This document shows positions 25,085 through 37,832 of a DNA stretch of 64,000 bases, piece after piece. Where the stretch lies: positions 14,508,001 to 14,572,000 of the forward strand of contig OZ176051.1 in NCBI GenBank assembly GCA_964247055.1, given 5' to 3'. A program made the translations under genes and the position numbers. The notes below the pieces were generated by a model that worked only from the letters and a program-made list of their open reading frames with translations, did no database searches and had not been told where the DNA came from. The stretch is from Paragordius varius. Lineage: Eukaryota > Animalia > Nematomorpha. The stretch's first letter is position 1. Each line of letters begins with the position of its first letter.

Positions 25085-25735
25085 TTTCAGTTTGAGTTGA
25101 GTCCTCATCTAGAATGCAGGCAACTTGTTGCAGCTGTGTGGTCTACTAGAGCGCCCATTCTCTTCAAATAAAAATAACGATTAATTATCGAAATATAGAG
25201 CAAATATTGATACACACCGCGCGTGACCACCCAATGCCTGCGTATTAACAAAGTGGGAAACCCAAACAAAAAACACGCCGATCAACTGAGACCACCAAGG
25301 TAAGGAAGTGAAATGAAAAATCGAAAATGTAACTTAAGCATAAATAAAAAACGCAACTTATTTTAAACAAATCACCATCGCAAGACCTCTAAAACAAATC
25401 ACCTATTGCTACAACACACCCTAGAAACACCTCAACCATTTAAATCTGCCATTGCTCTAAACAAAAAACCGCCATAACACTTAACACGTGCCCACAGAAA
25501 CGCTTGTCACAACAATCCGACATCCACCTGATAGAAATCACGCAGGGAATAGTGATAGTTTTTTCGTCTGATGTTGACAAAAACGCACCTTTATAACCTT
25601 ACCAAATTTAGGCACACTCTTATACACTTTTAGCCAATGCATTCAGATAATATGTTGTTTATAATATTGGGGTGAAATGTGCGGTGATGGGCATCACGCA
25701 ATCGATTGTATGTCAATTTTGGTTTATTTCATCAT
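25085..25735 (+). mobile_element. Probable Jockey/I-type LINE 5' UTR and ORF1 relic
   Basis: TCAGT-type start at ~25087, C/A-rich leader, and knuckle-like CGDGHHAIDC at ~25680-25710. Confidence 0.4.
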
Positions 25736-25899
25736 TCTATTTGCTATAAGTAATTTATTGTTTTGTTTTATTCGAGAGGGGGAGTTTTGATGGGCATATA
25801 AATGGTTGCTTTGACATAGTCATTCTAAATATCTCGTTTAAATATCAAATACAACTAGAAACCCAGGTTTAGCATTACTAATTGATAGCTGTCACGGCC

Positions 25900-28024
25900 T
25901 TTTTAGTTCCTTAATTGCTTTTGATTTTGCTTTTACATGGGCTTATACCCCTTAAGGATATTTCAAACCCTAAATAATTTACTGCTGCACATTGTTTTAT
26001 TTTGTCTTAATTTGAATCCGACCTTATCGAGACGACTTAATACGTTATTTAAATTGTTAATGTGTTCACTTTCATTCTACCAGTCACTATAATGTAATCT
26101 AAATACACACAAGTTCCCGGGCGGTCAGCCCGCATCTGTTCCATCACCCGTTAAAAAATTATGGGTGTCGTGACCAGTCCTAACGGCATGCGTTTGTATT
26201 TAAAAAAAGTTAAAATAGTAACCAAATCTTGACACTACTCTGCCACTGTCATCTGGAGTCTGCATTTTTTTGGTCAATTTTGTGTATGTAAGACTTTCGC
26301 CTATTTTCGACACCAACTTATCAAAGCTGGGGATTATATGAGAGCCTTTGTGCAACCACTCTTTAATCGTTACCCGAAAATCACTGCATATTTTTCCATT
26401 CGGTTTAAGTAGATTAACCGTAGGCGCGTGGCCTATGTCACGGGTGTTGGGTTAAGATCAACCGGTTTAGATGCCTAACTTTTGTAACCTCGTCAGCTAT
26501 TTCTCCACCTTTTCGCTTAATGGAAAAAGTACCTTGGGGCATACTTTCGGGATCGCATTCGCTGCAGTGCGAATTTTTACTATGTTTTTATAACACCCTA
26601 ACTGATTTTCGAATAATTTTTCTAAATTTTCTTAAATTTTATTTAATTTAAATTCATTAATTTTAAACTGTGGCATCTCAAGGAATTTGCCATCCAGTCT
26701 AGTCCACAGATAAGTATCCCCATAGTTTTGCTCATGACATATATGTCCCATATCATTCGTTTGCCGTTTATCTCCACGTTTGCGTTGTCCGTCATTGGTG
26801 TGGTGTTATTGTACGCTTTGACCGGGGGCGTCGGGCGCAGTTTTGACTTATTTGTTGCCAAGTTGCAAAATTCATCACGATGACATCTGACCCGGTGTCG
26901 TAGATAAAATCTTTCTCCAGGCCATTAATTGTTAATGCTATAACCAACGGTGTTTGAGCCTTTTGGGCATACATTGATATCCCAACACAATTGTATATAT
27001 AAATTAAGTCAATGTCTGTTGGCTAGGCACATTCTTGCGAAATGGTCTCCAATTTACCACATTTGTTGCAGGTTCGTTTCCACGGTGGATATTTGTTGGG
27101 CGCGTGTGTGGTGTCACAATGCCTGCATGCTGTAGACGTTTTTATCATTAATTGTCGGTAGTTCTTATTATTGTTGTTACTATATTGTCGATTGCAATTA
27201 TTATTGTAGTTACTATCATTGTTATTCTGTTGTCCGACCCTGTGCGAGATCTACGATTTTTTCTAATGGGATAGGAATACTGTTTATCAAAGCATCTGGG
27301 TACCTGGAATGGATATCCATCTCCAGTTGGGATTGTCGCAGTCCTATACGCATTATGTATGCGCTGTTTTATCGCTTCAGTTAACTGGGCTTCTTAGGGG
27401 CCTATCTTGACACTTCAAGAAATTGGGTGAAACTTTCACCATTGTTGCGCACCAACCTAAAATAAAACCGGCTTAAAAATTTCGATTTTGTCGGGTTAAT
27501 ATTTTTCTCCCATTTCCGTAATTTCAGTCCACGTAGCGTCTTTTATTTTCTTAGGGTACAATCGTTGGTTAATTTAATCATGAATCCGCCTTATGCTAGT
27601 ATAGTTTATTTAAGGGTTTTTTTCGGTCACCGGAATATCCTTTGCCACAAGTAGGTTGTTAATATAATCGAGTTAATCTTCATTCATTATTATCTTTGTA
27701 TTGTTCTATGAATAAATTGGCAATGCTAGCGCTAGGGGCTGCTATGTTCATAGGTTCGTCCATCATTGCGTCTTGGCTATCAATGTTGAATGGGACCACA
27801 TGTGAAGGGACATAATACAAAAAAAATATTTATTGTTTATCAAAAATACGTTTGTTCCTTGTATATCAAAATAATATATATTTATGTAACTTAATGAAAT
27901 ATATATGTATTAAAGTGGTCGCGAGTTTAATATAGAAATATTACAAACGTTGGTTGTTGGGTTAATATAATATTAATAAAAATGTTGGTTGCGAGGTTAA
28001 TATATATTTATTCAAATAAACATG
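25900..28024 (-). mobile_element. Gypsy-type LTR retrotransposon relic with putative 5' LTR (~27657-28024)
   Basis: PBS-like TGGCAAAGGAT (27647-27637), gag knuckle CNKCGKL (~27060), aspartic protease FIYDTGSDV (ORF 26792-26974), RT motifs CSDFRVTI, YKRMPLGL..TP.IF and VYLDYIIVTG (~26090). Confidence 0.8.
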
Positions 28025-28073
28025 TAAATTCCACTTACTATAACAGAATAGTACTTCATGTTATTGTGTATTA

Positions 28074-28364
28074 CGGTAAAAATTAAAATTATACGGACAA
28101 AACGAAAAAATATAAAGGCAAATATTTTTTTCTAAAAGACAACCATGCTTTTAAATTTTGAATTCTTTCTATAGAATGTTTTAAACTGCAAATTATATAA
28201 TAGATTGTGTTACCAATAAACACCTCCATATCATACTTAGTTTGAAACAATAAATTATATTTAAAAAATTAAGGTTTCAAAAAGTATGGTACGGTTGTCT
28301 TTTAGAAAAAAAACATTTGTCTTTAGATTTTTATGTTTTGTCCTTATAAATTCAGTTTTTACTG
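28074..28364. mobile_element. MITE family A copy
   Basis: TA|CGGTAAAAATTAAAATTATACGGACAAAACG ... TTTTTACTG|TA. Positionally matches the copy at ~21115-21393 in the other arm. Confidence 0.8.
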
Positions 28365-29820
28365 TAATATGGAATCGTAACAAAAACGCCAAGATATAAT
28401 TTAAACATTCTCTCTCTGATTTAAATGTTTTTTTTTTGTTTTCGATTTTGAATAAATTCATGGAACGAAAATTATTTATCATAGAATTGGACGAAAGATA
28501 TTATTTTGCAATTCTGAGGACTTAGAAAGCATTATTAAATTATATATAAAAAGTGATTTAAATATCTTAAAGCATATTTATCTTGTTTTCATGATGCCTT
28601 AAAATGACATGAAGTTAGCTCTAAAAAAATTCTAATAAAAATTGATTTAAACTAAGTATGCAAAACTTTTAAAAATAATTTTGTATTATGTATGAAATTT
28701 TTGCATTTTTTAAGGGAGCCCATTTTAAAAGGAGGAAAAAATTTGACTTTTGGAGCCCACATCTTAATATTAAAATTTTAAAATAATTTTTTTTGCATAT
28801 TAAATACAGTTTATTGTACATTTTAGTCATATTTTTGGAAAAAAGTATTGCCATATAAAATTTTTTTTCCCAAACATAACGTGGGGGGATTTTGCGACTT
28901 TTTTATATGAACCAATTGAAATTGGAAGTAATTTTCTTCTACTCGTAAGACCAAAATCCAAAAGCACCATGAAAATCATTACATTTATTTAAATCCTAAT
29001 ACATCAAGATGTTTTTTATGCCCCACGATTTAAAATGCAATGAATATGTTGAAATTAATAATTCTGTAAATGTTTCTCATCATTTTGACTATTTACAAAT
29101 CCACGCGATCTCAAAAGATAAAATTAATTGAATAATGTATAATTTATTAAAACTGTTCATGTCTACAAAATTATAGTATTTTGCTATCTAAAAAGCGTTA
29201 TAGGTTAAAAGGTTTGCGATGTCTTCCTCTTAAGGAACATAAATAACCACAGATTGCCTCCCGCCACATTTTGTTAGCTAATTTGAAAATAATATAAATT
29301 TAATTATATAGAAGTATTATCAAAATACAGTAAAAAAGGAAAATTTACAGTCAAAATTCAAAAACTAAGGCACAAATATTTTTAAAAAATCTCCAACTCC
29401 TTTATATCTTTGTATTGATTACTATGCCTTACGATACTAAATTAGTCATAATTAAAAAGTTTGGGTTTATATGGTGACTTTAAAAAAAATGATTACCATT
29501 TACACTCCAAATTTACCATTGGACCATTCCAATTCACCTCTAATTCAATCACCCTAAAATATTTTATGTGCTTTTTATAAAATATTACTTTTTTTTCAAT
29601 ATTTTTAAAAATTGTATTACAAATAATACTAATATCGAAAAAATCATAAACTATGCCATAAACATATATTTATTATTAATCAGCTAGAAAATAATTTAAG
29701 GGGGAATTTAAATTGTTCAAGGGTCATGAATTGTTTGGGCTGAATTTGATAGTAGAATTAAGTTTTTCCTATCAGTATAATCATTTCTTTAATTAAAGTT
29801 TTCTTAGTTTTTATATTTAT

Positions 29821-30400
29821 ATGGTTGGTTGGTTATTTCAAAGTTGTAAACGATTTTTGGATATAGTTTATACTATTGCTTTCCACTTCCTTTCATCTTT
29901 TACCGCTATATTGAGATCGTTCAATGTTATTTTAGTTTCCTCTTTTATCATATCCAACCACCTCTTCTGTGGTCGGCCTCGTTTCCTTTTTCCTTCTACC
30001 TGCCTAAATAACGTGTCTTTCTCTAAAGAATTCGATCGCATTACATGACCAAAATATGTTAACGTTCTTTAAGAATTATCTATAGGATGTTTGTTTCGGG
30101 ATTTATTTCTGTAGTTAGATTTCCATTTTTAATTTTATCCTTCCAGGTATATCCCAGCATTCTATTCCAGCAGCTCCTTTCGAAAGCCATATATCTTTCA
30201 TTGTCTCTTTTTCTGAGAGTTCTCACAACCAGAACAAAACAGTAGAATAATCTTTTTAGTTTCAACTGCTACGCTTTTGCTTTTCCAAATCTTTATTAAT
30301 TTGGTCATCGCTTCTCTATCCAACCCTATTCTCTTTCTGATGTCAGGAGTTAAAGAGTGAATTACATTGTCATGTATTTTAGCCAATTCAGGCCTTTTTC
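29821..30400 (-). mobile_element. RTE LINE 3' fragment (inverted duplicate of 19420-19985)
   Basis: Same truncation point and the same internal deletion (ctgttttattctggttgtgagaactctcag junction) as the left-arm copy. ggttggttgg tail at 29823. Confidence 0.9.
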
Positions 30401-31875
30401 GCTGAATAAACAGTAGGAATTAATTTTTTAATGGCAATATAAATGTGTATAAACTGTTTCACTGGGTTATGAAGCCTATAATACACATTATCGCTTTTGT
30501 CTCGATAGACACAACACATATCTGGTCTTACGGCCATTAGACAAGAAAGGGCTTGACAAGGCTGGATACGTGATTTTTTGCTTTAGATTTACAAAATTAA
30601 GCAATCACTCATCACACACACACACACCAATTTGCGACAAAACTGATTTTTGAGTGACGTTCACGATATTCGATTTAATGTACATGTGTGGGATTCATAT
30701 AACAAGTTTGTTAGTCTTCCCATTGTTTGTAGACATTTATTGATTATGAAATACACTATGATTCGGTCATCGTCCAATAACACTTGCACTTTAGTGTCCT
30801 GGCAGTTGTATGGTCTTCAAAGCGCACACATTCTTTCGAGGGAAATTACGACTTTTAATACATCGAAACCATATTTCACATGTGTTAATCAATAGATCAT
30901 GTTAACCGTACGATAACTTTTAATAGCCTTTTTCTACTGTTGAAGTGAGCCCCAAATTATCCTTTTCAGGCATAAAATTGGACATGAATGGTTAATTATA
31001 ATAAATATATGACGCTTGTTTTGGCAAACTTAACTTGTGTTTGTTTGTCGTTTAATGTCAGAAGAGTGAAATGGGATAGTTCTGCTTTTGCTGTCGCCTA
31101 ATTTAACCGGTATAACGACTACACTTGTTATTAATCTTCGATTCAAAACAAAATATTTTATGGTTTCATATAAAAATATTCGTATTTTACCTTTTATATA
31201 TTAAATTATAAAGATAAACATAAAAGATAATATTTTTGTGACAACCCTGTTTTTGGTAAACGTTGATAGTTTTATAATATTCTAATTGTGAAATTAGGAA
31301 TTGACAGTGTTATGGTAACACACTTAATTATATATTACAGTAAATATTAAAATATACGACCTAAAAATATAAAGATTTTTTTTTAAAGGCAACCATACTT
31401 TTTGAATTTTGATTATTTAATATATAACTCATTGTATTATATTTTTAAGGTATTAATTAGAGATGTATATTGGTAACATATTCAACTATATATTTTAGGC
31501 TGGTTATTAAGTATTTCACTAGGATTAATTTAGGTTGGAAAAACTGTTGTCTTTTTAAAAAAAATTGTCCTTTACGTTTTGTCCGTATAATTTCAATTTT
31601 TACTGTAATTTTAGAGTTAATTTTCTTAAGGGTAAGGACTTTTGAATTTCTTAAATCTCGCCACCCAGCGCTGACAATAATACAAAAATTGAAGTGGTTT
31701 TGGGGTTATTCTGCACTCAACATAATATTAGAGTCTGGCATCCTATTAACTATGCCATATATTACACCTTGGTCTAATAAGCAGAAATATGGTTGGTTGT
31801 ATTTATATAGAAAATATTCCCCTATACTCTTATATTTTTTTGTCTTTATAACTTAGGTCGGAAACTTAATACGTA

Positions 31876-32964
31876 TTATACCGCTAGAGGGAACGTCTCT
31901 CCGGGGGGAATATTACGCATGACGTACTTAACAATTCGACTTCCTGGATTCTTGCCAAGTGTTTCCTGCAGTGACCGTAATCAAAGGTGTTAGACCTGCA
32001 GGGTCTTGTGTTACAACTCCATTCGTAACAGTCAATGTCCTCCCGGCAAATGTCGCACCTAAATATATATATATATATATATATATTAAAATATAACGGA
32101 ACCAAAATAAAAGTAAGGAATCACGCATTTATAAATCAAGTTAATATTAATGACAAAAAAATGAATATTAATTCATTTAAAATATAACGGACAACCAATT
32201 TTCAAAAAGCCATAAGTAAAAACGGCTACAAACGTATTTTGTTATAAATTGCAAAACATATATTTATTGACAGTTATATACCATTTACGGTTTTAATTCA
32301 CCCTTAAACAATACAAATTGACCCTTGAACAATTCAAATTCACACTTGAACAATTCAAATCCACCCTAAAATAAATTATGTTTTTTTAAAGATTATAAAT
32401 TACCTATCCTTTTTCATATTTTAAAAAAAGGAAATTAAGTTTATAAATATAGTACTGAAAAAAATAATAAACTATGCCATAAGAATATATTTTTTATTTA
32501 TGATAGTCATATTAGCCCGAAAACAATTTATATTTAGGGTGAATTTGATTTGTAAATGGTATATTTTTTGCAAAAAAGTCTTCACAAATGAAAATGTCTG
32601 GGAAAAATATCGATGATGTATTTATTATTAAGTAATATAGTATATTATATATTTGCTTAAAGGGTACCTAAACTTTTCCCATCTTTCGTACTCCTTAAAA
32701 TCCTATCATCAGTCATTATATGTAATGATATAACGACGCTATAGTGAAAAATATATAAATTAACGATAAAAAATGTAAAATGTACTTACTCATGGTGCAA
32801 CCATTGAAAGTGTACACATTTAAAGTAGCCGTACAAACAGCTGCACCCGCGGTAATTACTAGAGCGACGTCGCCTCTCACCACACGACTTGTGCTATCAG
32901 GCCTTATATCTGTTCCATTCAGGGTAACCGCACATTGACCTACCAATTTAAGCAAGAAACTCAT
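31876..32964 (-). pseudogene. RGD protein paralog B; exons 32964-32790 and 32058-31876; 2-nt deletion near 31960 gives an early stop at 31928
   Basis: MSFLLKLVGQCAVTLNGTDIRPDSTSRVVRGDVALVITAGAAVCTATLNVYTFNGCTM/SATFAGRTLTVTNGVVTQDPAGLTPLITVTAGNTWQESRKSNC*. The shifted frame reads NPGSRIVKYVMRNIPPGETFPLAV*, matching the end of paralog A. May be a truncated functional gene or an assembly error. Confidence 0.7.
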
Positions 32965-35249
32965 TATATAAAATAAGCCATAATATTTTGTTAACAATAT
33001 TATATAAAATTTTTATTTTATAAAATGTCTCAAAATATAACGCCTTTAACATAGGCTTGTTCTTTCAAAATAAACTCAAATATGCCGAGATTGCATAAAA
33101 TTTATAATATTATGCTAAATTTAGTATAAAAAAGTTCTTCCAAAAAATAAATTTTTAAAATTTCCTTTATAGCAGAATTTAGTTAAAGCGTATTTTATAC
33201 TATTTCAAGGCATTATTGAAACGGTATAAAAAAACATTAAAATATTATAAAAACACTACAAAATAAAAGGATGTTTAACATTTCTATTGCCTCAAAATTT
33301 TAATTTCTTTTTTTAAAAAGAATTCTCATTTAACATTAGTATAAAGATGAACGATTTTATTCAAAATTCTGAGGTTATAGAAATATTTTCCCTTATTAAA
33401 GTATAAATAAACAGTTGTTTATAATGTTTGAATGAGTTTCTACCGTTTTAACCATGCCTCAAAACATTATAAAATAATTATGAAATACGTTCAACAATAC
33501 TCTGTTATAAATTAAATTAGCAAGCTGACGGAATAAACTTTTCATTATGTCAATTTAGCATATATTCAAAATTTTCGGGCAATTTTGGCATTTTTGCGTT
33601 TGTTATAAAAATAGCCCATTTTAGAAGGGACCCAAATTTTTAAATTTTATAATAATAATATTGAAGCATATTAGCTTTCACAAAATAATTTATTTTACAA
33701 AAACGTCCGCAAATTTTACCATTTTCTGATATGAAGCACCTACCACAAAAGTTTAAATATAAGTTTCCTTCAACATTTTTCTATCAGATTAAATTATTTC
33801 AGGGTATTTTTTTTTGAATTATATCCAACCACCACCCATTTTTTCGAAGCACATTAATACATGTTTCGCATTTAGAGATGTGAATTGGTAACAAATACTA
33901 GTATAATATTCCAAATTATCACAAATAGTTTCAGGAAAATATATTATATCTTTTTTAACATCTGATCAAATAATTTCGTTTAATGTTTATAAATACAGCA
34001 AATTGAATTTATATGGATAAAACGTAAAAATATAAACAGAAATTTTTTACCCCAAAAGTCAACTATACTTATTGTTCTTGATTAAAGCGATTTTTCCGAA
34101 TCGCAAAGTATAAAAAGTATGTAAATGGTAAGACATTCACTTATGTATATACGATATTTAAATGATTATAGGATAAATAAATTACATTTAGTATACCGAG
34201 TAGTAATCTATTATTTGTAAAAAATACACAACCTATCATTTTTTTTAATAAAAAATATATATAGCTGACCTCTAACCATGGGAATTTGCATTATCAGGAA
34301 CAGGCATACAACGGCACAAAAAGAATTTATCATTTATATTAGGAATGGTTATAAAAGAGAAATATAAAATTAGATATCAAAGCGCCCTTCTATAGCATTT
34401 ACAAATGGATTCAGGATCTAATGTTTTAGGTGAGTTGAAAAAGTGTAGAAGGACAATAAGATATAATTTCACCAAAAAATTCAAGGTTAAAGACAAAGAG
34501 AGATATATCGCTGACATATTTACACTTAGTTTATTTACATATATGATTCATATTAAATTACGAAGGTCTGTGTGGGTTGACCATTCGAAATGGATATTTA
34601 ATCACTTTTCGAATATTTTTAAGTTATAATTTACACTTAATCATTTCATTTCGAACTTTACGCTTTTTAGAATTATTATGTTTCACTAATTTAATCGGTT
34701 TGGGTGTTTTTTAAAAATTTTAGTCTTATCATCAAATTTTAAAAGATTTGGCTGTTTCATATCCATATTATTATTTAGGTGTAATATATATTCAAACAAA
34801 TTCTAGAAAGCATCAATTAGAGTAAAAAATCATGACTAAACGTAATTTATTAGAAGTTAATTAAAAACAACTATACTTATATAGACCTTAATTTTAATAT
34901 TACTTTATAATCATTAAAAACTATAAAGTGATATTTTAGATACTTAATATATTTAAAAAACAGGATTTAAGAAATGTTTTTTTTTTGAAAAAATATTTGT
35001 CTTTTAGTTATCGTGAACTGCATTAATGGCAATTCAGCTTATATATTTTTGTAAAAACCTAACTATATTTCCAAAGTCAACCTAGAATTGGTGACAGCCT
35101 GTACCGCATACAATAAACCTAAGTTAACAGGAGAATATAAATATTAAAATCAATTCAGGTGTTGTCAAATATTTTCACCTGCTTTTTGCAAATCCAGTTT
35201 TTTGTTTGAATTAGAATGTTGTCTTTATGATTTATTGGATATTATATAA

Positions 35250-36060
35250 ATATTGTGCCGGAAACTGATTGTTGGAAACTATTTGTTAAACATTTCTACA
35301 ACGTCCTCAAAAATATAAGTGCTATTCAGAGTGTCTGTCACTTGTTTTGTGAGATCGAGCATTGTGTTACCATTTTGCCAAGTCTTCTGACCCATTCTCG
35401 GTCTTTTGATTAAGGCATGGTTTAATATATCATTTTTTAACGATAGTGCTGTGTATTAATGGTTTTACCGAGATTCATAAGTTTATACGAACAATACCGC
35501 TCTGGTCACACCATATACAGAGGATGGTCTTTTTGCCGACGTCACTAACTTTCGTGGGAAGGAACCGGCTGGTCAAGTGAAATCCATTTTTTTCCTAAGA
35601 TGGACCTCAAGCCATTCAACATTACCCATCTAATATGGATAAAAAGTGTCCTTTTGTGATATTGAAGCAGGATTTTAGCAGTTACTTTGCGATGTTCTTG
35701 ACGTTTCTTCGGATTGTGGGGAACCATTTAACGACTTTATTAGTTTTTCCTATTGATCGTAGGCGATTGATCGCTTTTATGATATATGGAAATACCAATT
35801 GTTCTTCTGAACTGGGTCTCATCCAATAATTTTTCCACTTTAGCGTCCTCGCAGTTGTGTAATATATCAGGCGTTCTGCTCTTTCACATAAATAATTTGA
35901 AACCATGTATCACATGGGTTAATAAAAAGGGCATGTTTCCATAAGTGTTTACCAGTCAACGATAACGCTCAATAGCCTTTTCTTGGAATGGCAATGCATG
36001 GTGCCTAATTGTTCTATTTTAGGCACAAAATTGACATGTATATTAATCGCTAAAAACTAT
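35250..36060 (-). mobile_element. Degenerate mariner (Mos1-like) transposase
   Basis: NFVPKIEQ start (~36030), KW(F/V)PHN, W.DQSGIV, KTINTQHY, HNARSH (cf. HDNARPH). Position mirrors the 12.7-14.3 kb mariner across the inverted duplication. Confidence 0.75.
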
Positions 36061-36446
36061 TTGGGCGAATTCAACTTGTGTGTTATTGTAGTTCTAGAAG
36101 AATGAACAAAATAGTGTCTGTATTTCGTCTGTGTTCTTTTTTATGATGTATTCTCTTAATATAAAAACTATAACTATACCTGATAAAATAGTTTGGTAAA
36201 ATATAAATTTTTGATATTTTCCGATATCATATGAAATTTTTTTTTGAAATCGGAAAAAATTATGGATGGCCTTTTTCTAACATAATTTATTTAAAAATGA
36301 CATATATAAATTGTTTTTTATTTAAAAAATAATAAAAATAATTGAATAAAGAGGTACGAGGTTATTGTCAAAATTAATTGTGCAAGCATTTTGTTTTAAT
36401 TTATAAAAAATATACAGTTTAGAGTCTCTTTTTTCCTTTTATGTTA

Positions 36447-36604
36447 AAGGGTAAGGACTTTAATTGTATCCGGACATGAAGGCTTTAACACTCGCCTGCC
36501 TATCCAGGGCTGAGGGTGATAATGGAAAAATTGCGTAGTTTCGGGGTTCGAACTCTGGCACGCAGTGTAAGAGTCCCGCACCCTGCCTACTATACCAACA
36601 CGCC
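36447..36604 (-). mobile_element. tRNA-derived SINE
   Basis: Pol III A-box TGGTATAGTAGG (36597-36586) and B-box GTTCGAACC (36553-36545). No intact cloverleaf, a non-tRNA 3' body, and two degenerate copies elsewhere in the window. Confidence 0.7.
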
Positions 36605-37832
36605 TTCTACCGTTTTAATTTGTTAATAGTAAAAAATATAAACAAATATAAAACCATAATCTGGCTTTTGAATTTACTAAAAAATTAATTCTTTGCATGT
36701 TTTTTGACATATAATTCTATATATCCAAATCATATTGGCTAATAAATAATTGATTACTCTACCCGTTTACATTATAGTTTCGACTTATTTAAAACAGCTT
36801 AAAGCATACACGACCGTGGCTCGCACTCTAAGATAGACAGCGCATATATACCAAAAATTCTCAATATCTCACAAGATGGCTGGACTCTGTAGGGAGAGAA
36901 TCAAATAAATTATTAAAAATTGAGACAAATATTGTGAACGAATCGAAAAATTACTTATATTATAATTTAAAGAAGTTTGTTTCGCCTTAAAAAGTTACAT
37001 ATATCCCCATATTTAGGCGAAACCATATACAGCTGCAGCTAACTCATTTTGAAAATTTCAATAATTTAATTTTTTATATAATTACCCGAGCAGGTTGAGA
37101 ATGGTTAATGCCCCAGACTTTAAACTTGGGGATGAGTATGCCAGAATTAAATAATTTTAAAACTAAACATCTTTTCATGACCACCTTGGGAACCTTTTTA
37201 ATTAAATTTTTATGCGTCAAAAAATTTTTTCTTCTCTATTATTTTATATAGTAGTTACCTCAAGATATAGAGTACGGTTGGTTAAACAAATAATAACATT
37301 TTTATGTATAAAGTAGGACTTATGGTAATAAGGTAAAGAAATAATTATAAAGACAAAGTGAAAACTAGAGAAGATACAGTAAAAATTGTATTAAACGGAC
37401 AAAACAATATAAAGACAATATTTTTCTTTAAAAGACAACCATGCTTTTTAAATTAAATTTATTGAATATTACTTATTGTTTTGGGTGCAAAATAGGGATT
37501 AGATATGTAAATTGATAATATACTCTTTATTATTAAAATGTAATCAAGTAGTTTATGTAGGAAATTTTTTTCTAAAACTCAATCATACTTTTAAAATCTT
37601 GATTTTTTTATAAATATAAATCATTGTTGTTATTAAAGTATAAACTAGAATTGTATATTGTTAACACAATCGATACATATTCTACGATTGTAATTAAATG
37701 GTAATAGGATAAATTAAGGTTTAAAAAAGTATGGTTGTCTTTAAAAAAAAAATTGCCTTTAGATTTTTACATTTTGTCCGTAAAATTACAATCTTTACTG
37801 TATGTACTCCTAATAATCTATTTTTGGAATTT

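Larger units (their letters stand above)
28030..36070 (-). repeat. Right arm of inverted segmental duplication (partner ~12730-21435)
   Basis: See left arm. Confidence 0.85.

Noticed and set aside
31470-31856. 128-aa plus-strand ORF
   Set aside because: Spans a MITE-A end and a decayed SINE. Chance open frame with no protein motif.
36530-36604. Functional tRNA gene
   Set aside because: A and B boxes are present, but acceptor and anticodon stems do not pair. It continues into a repeated non-tRNA body, so it was called a SINE.
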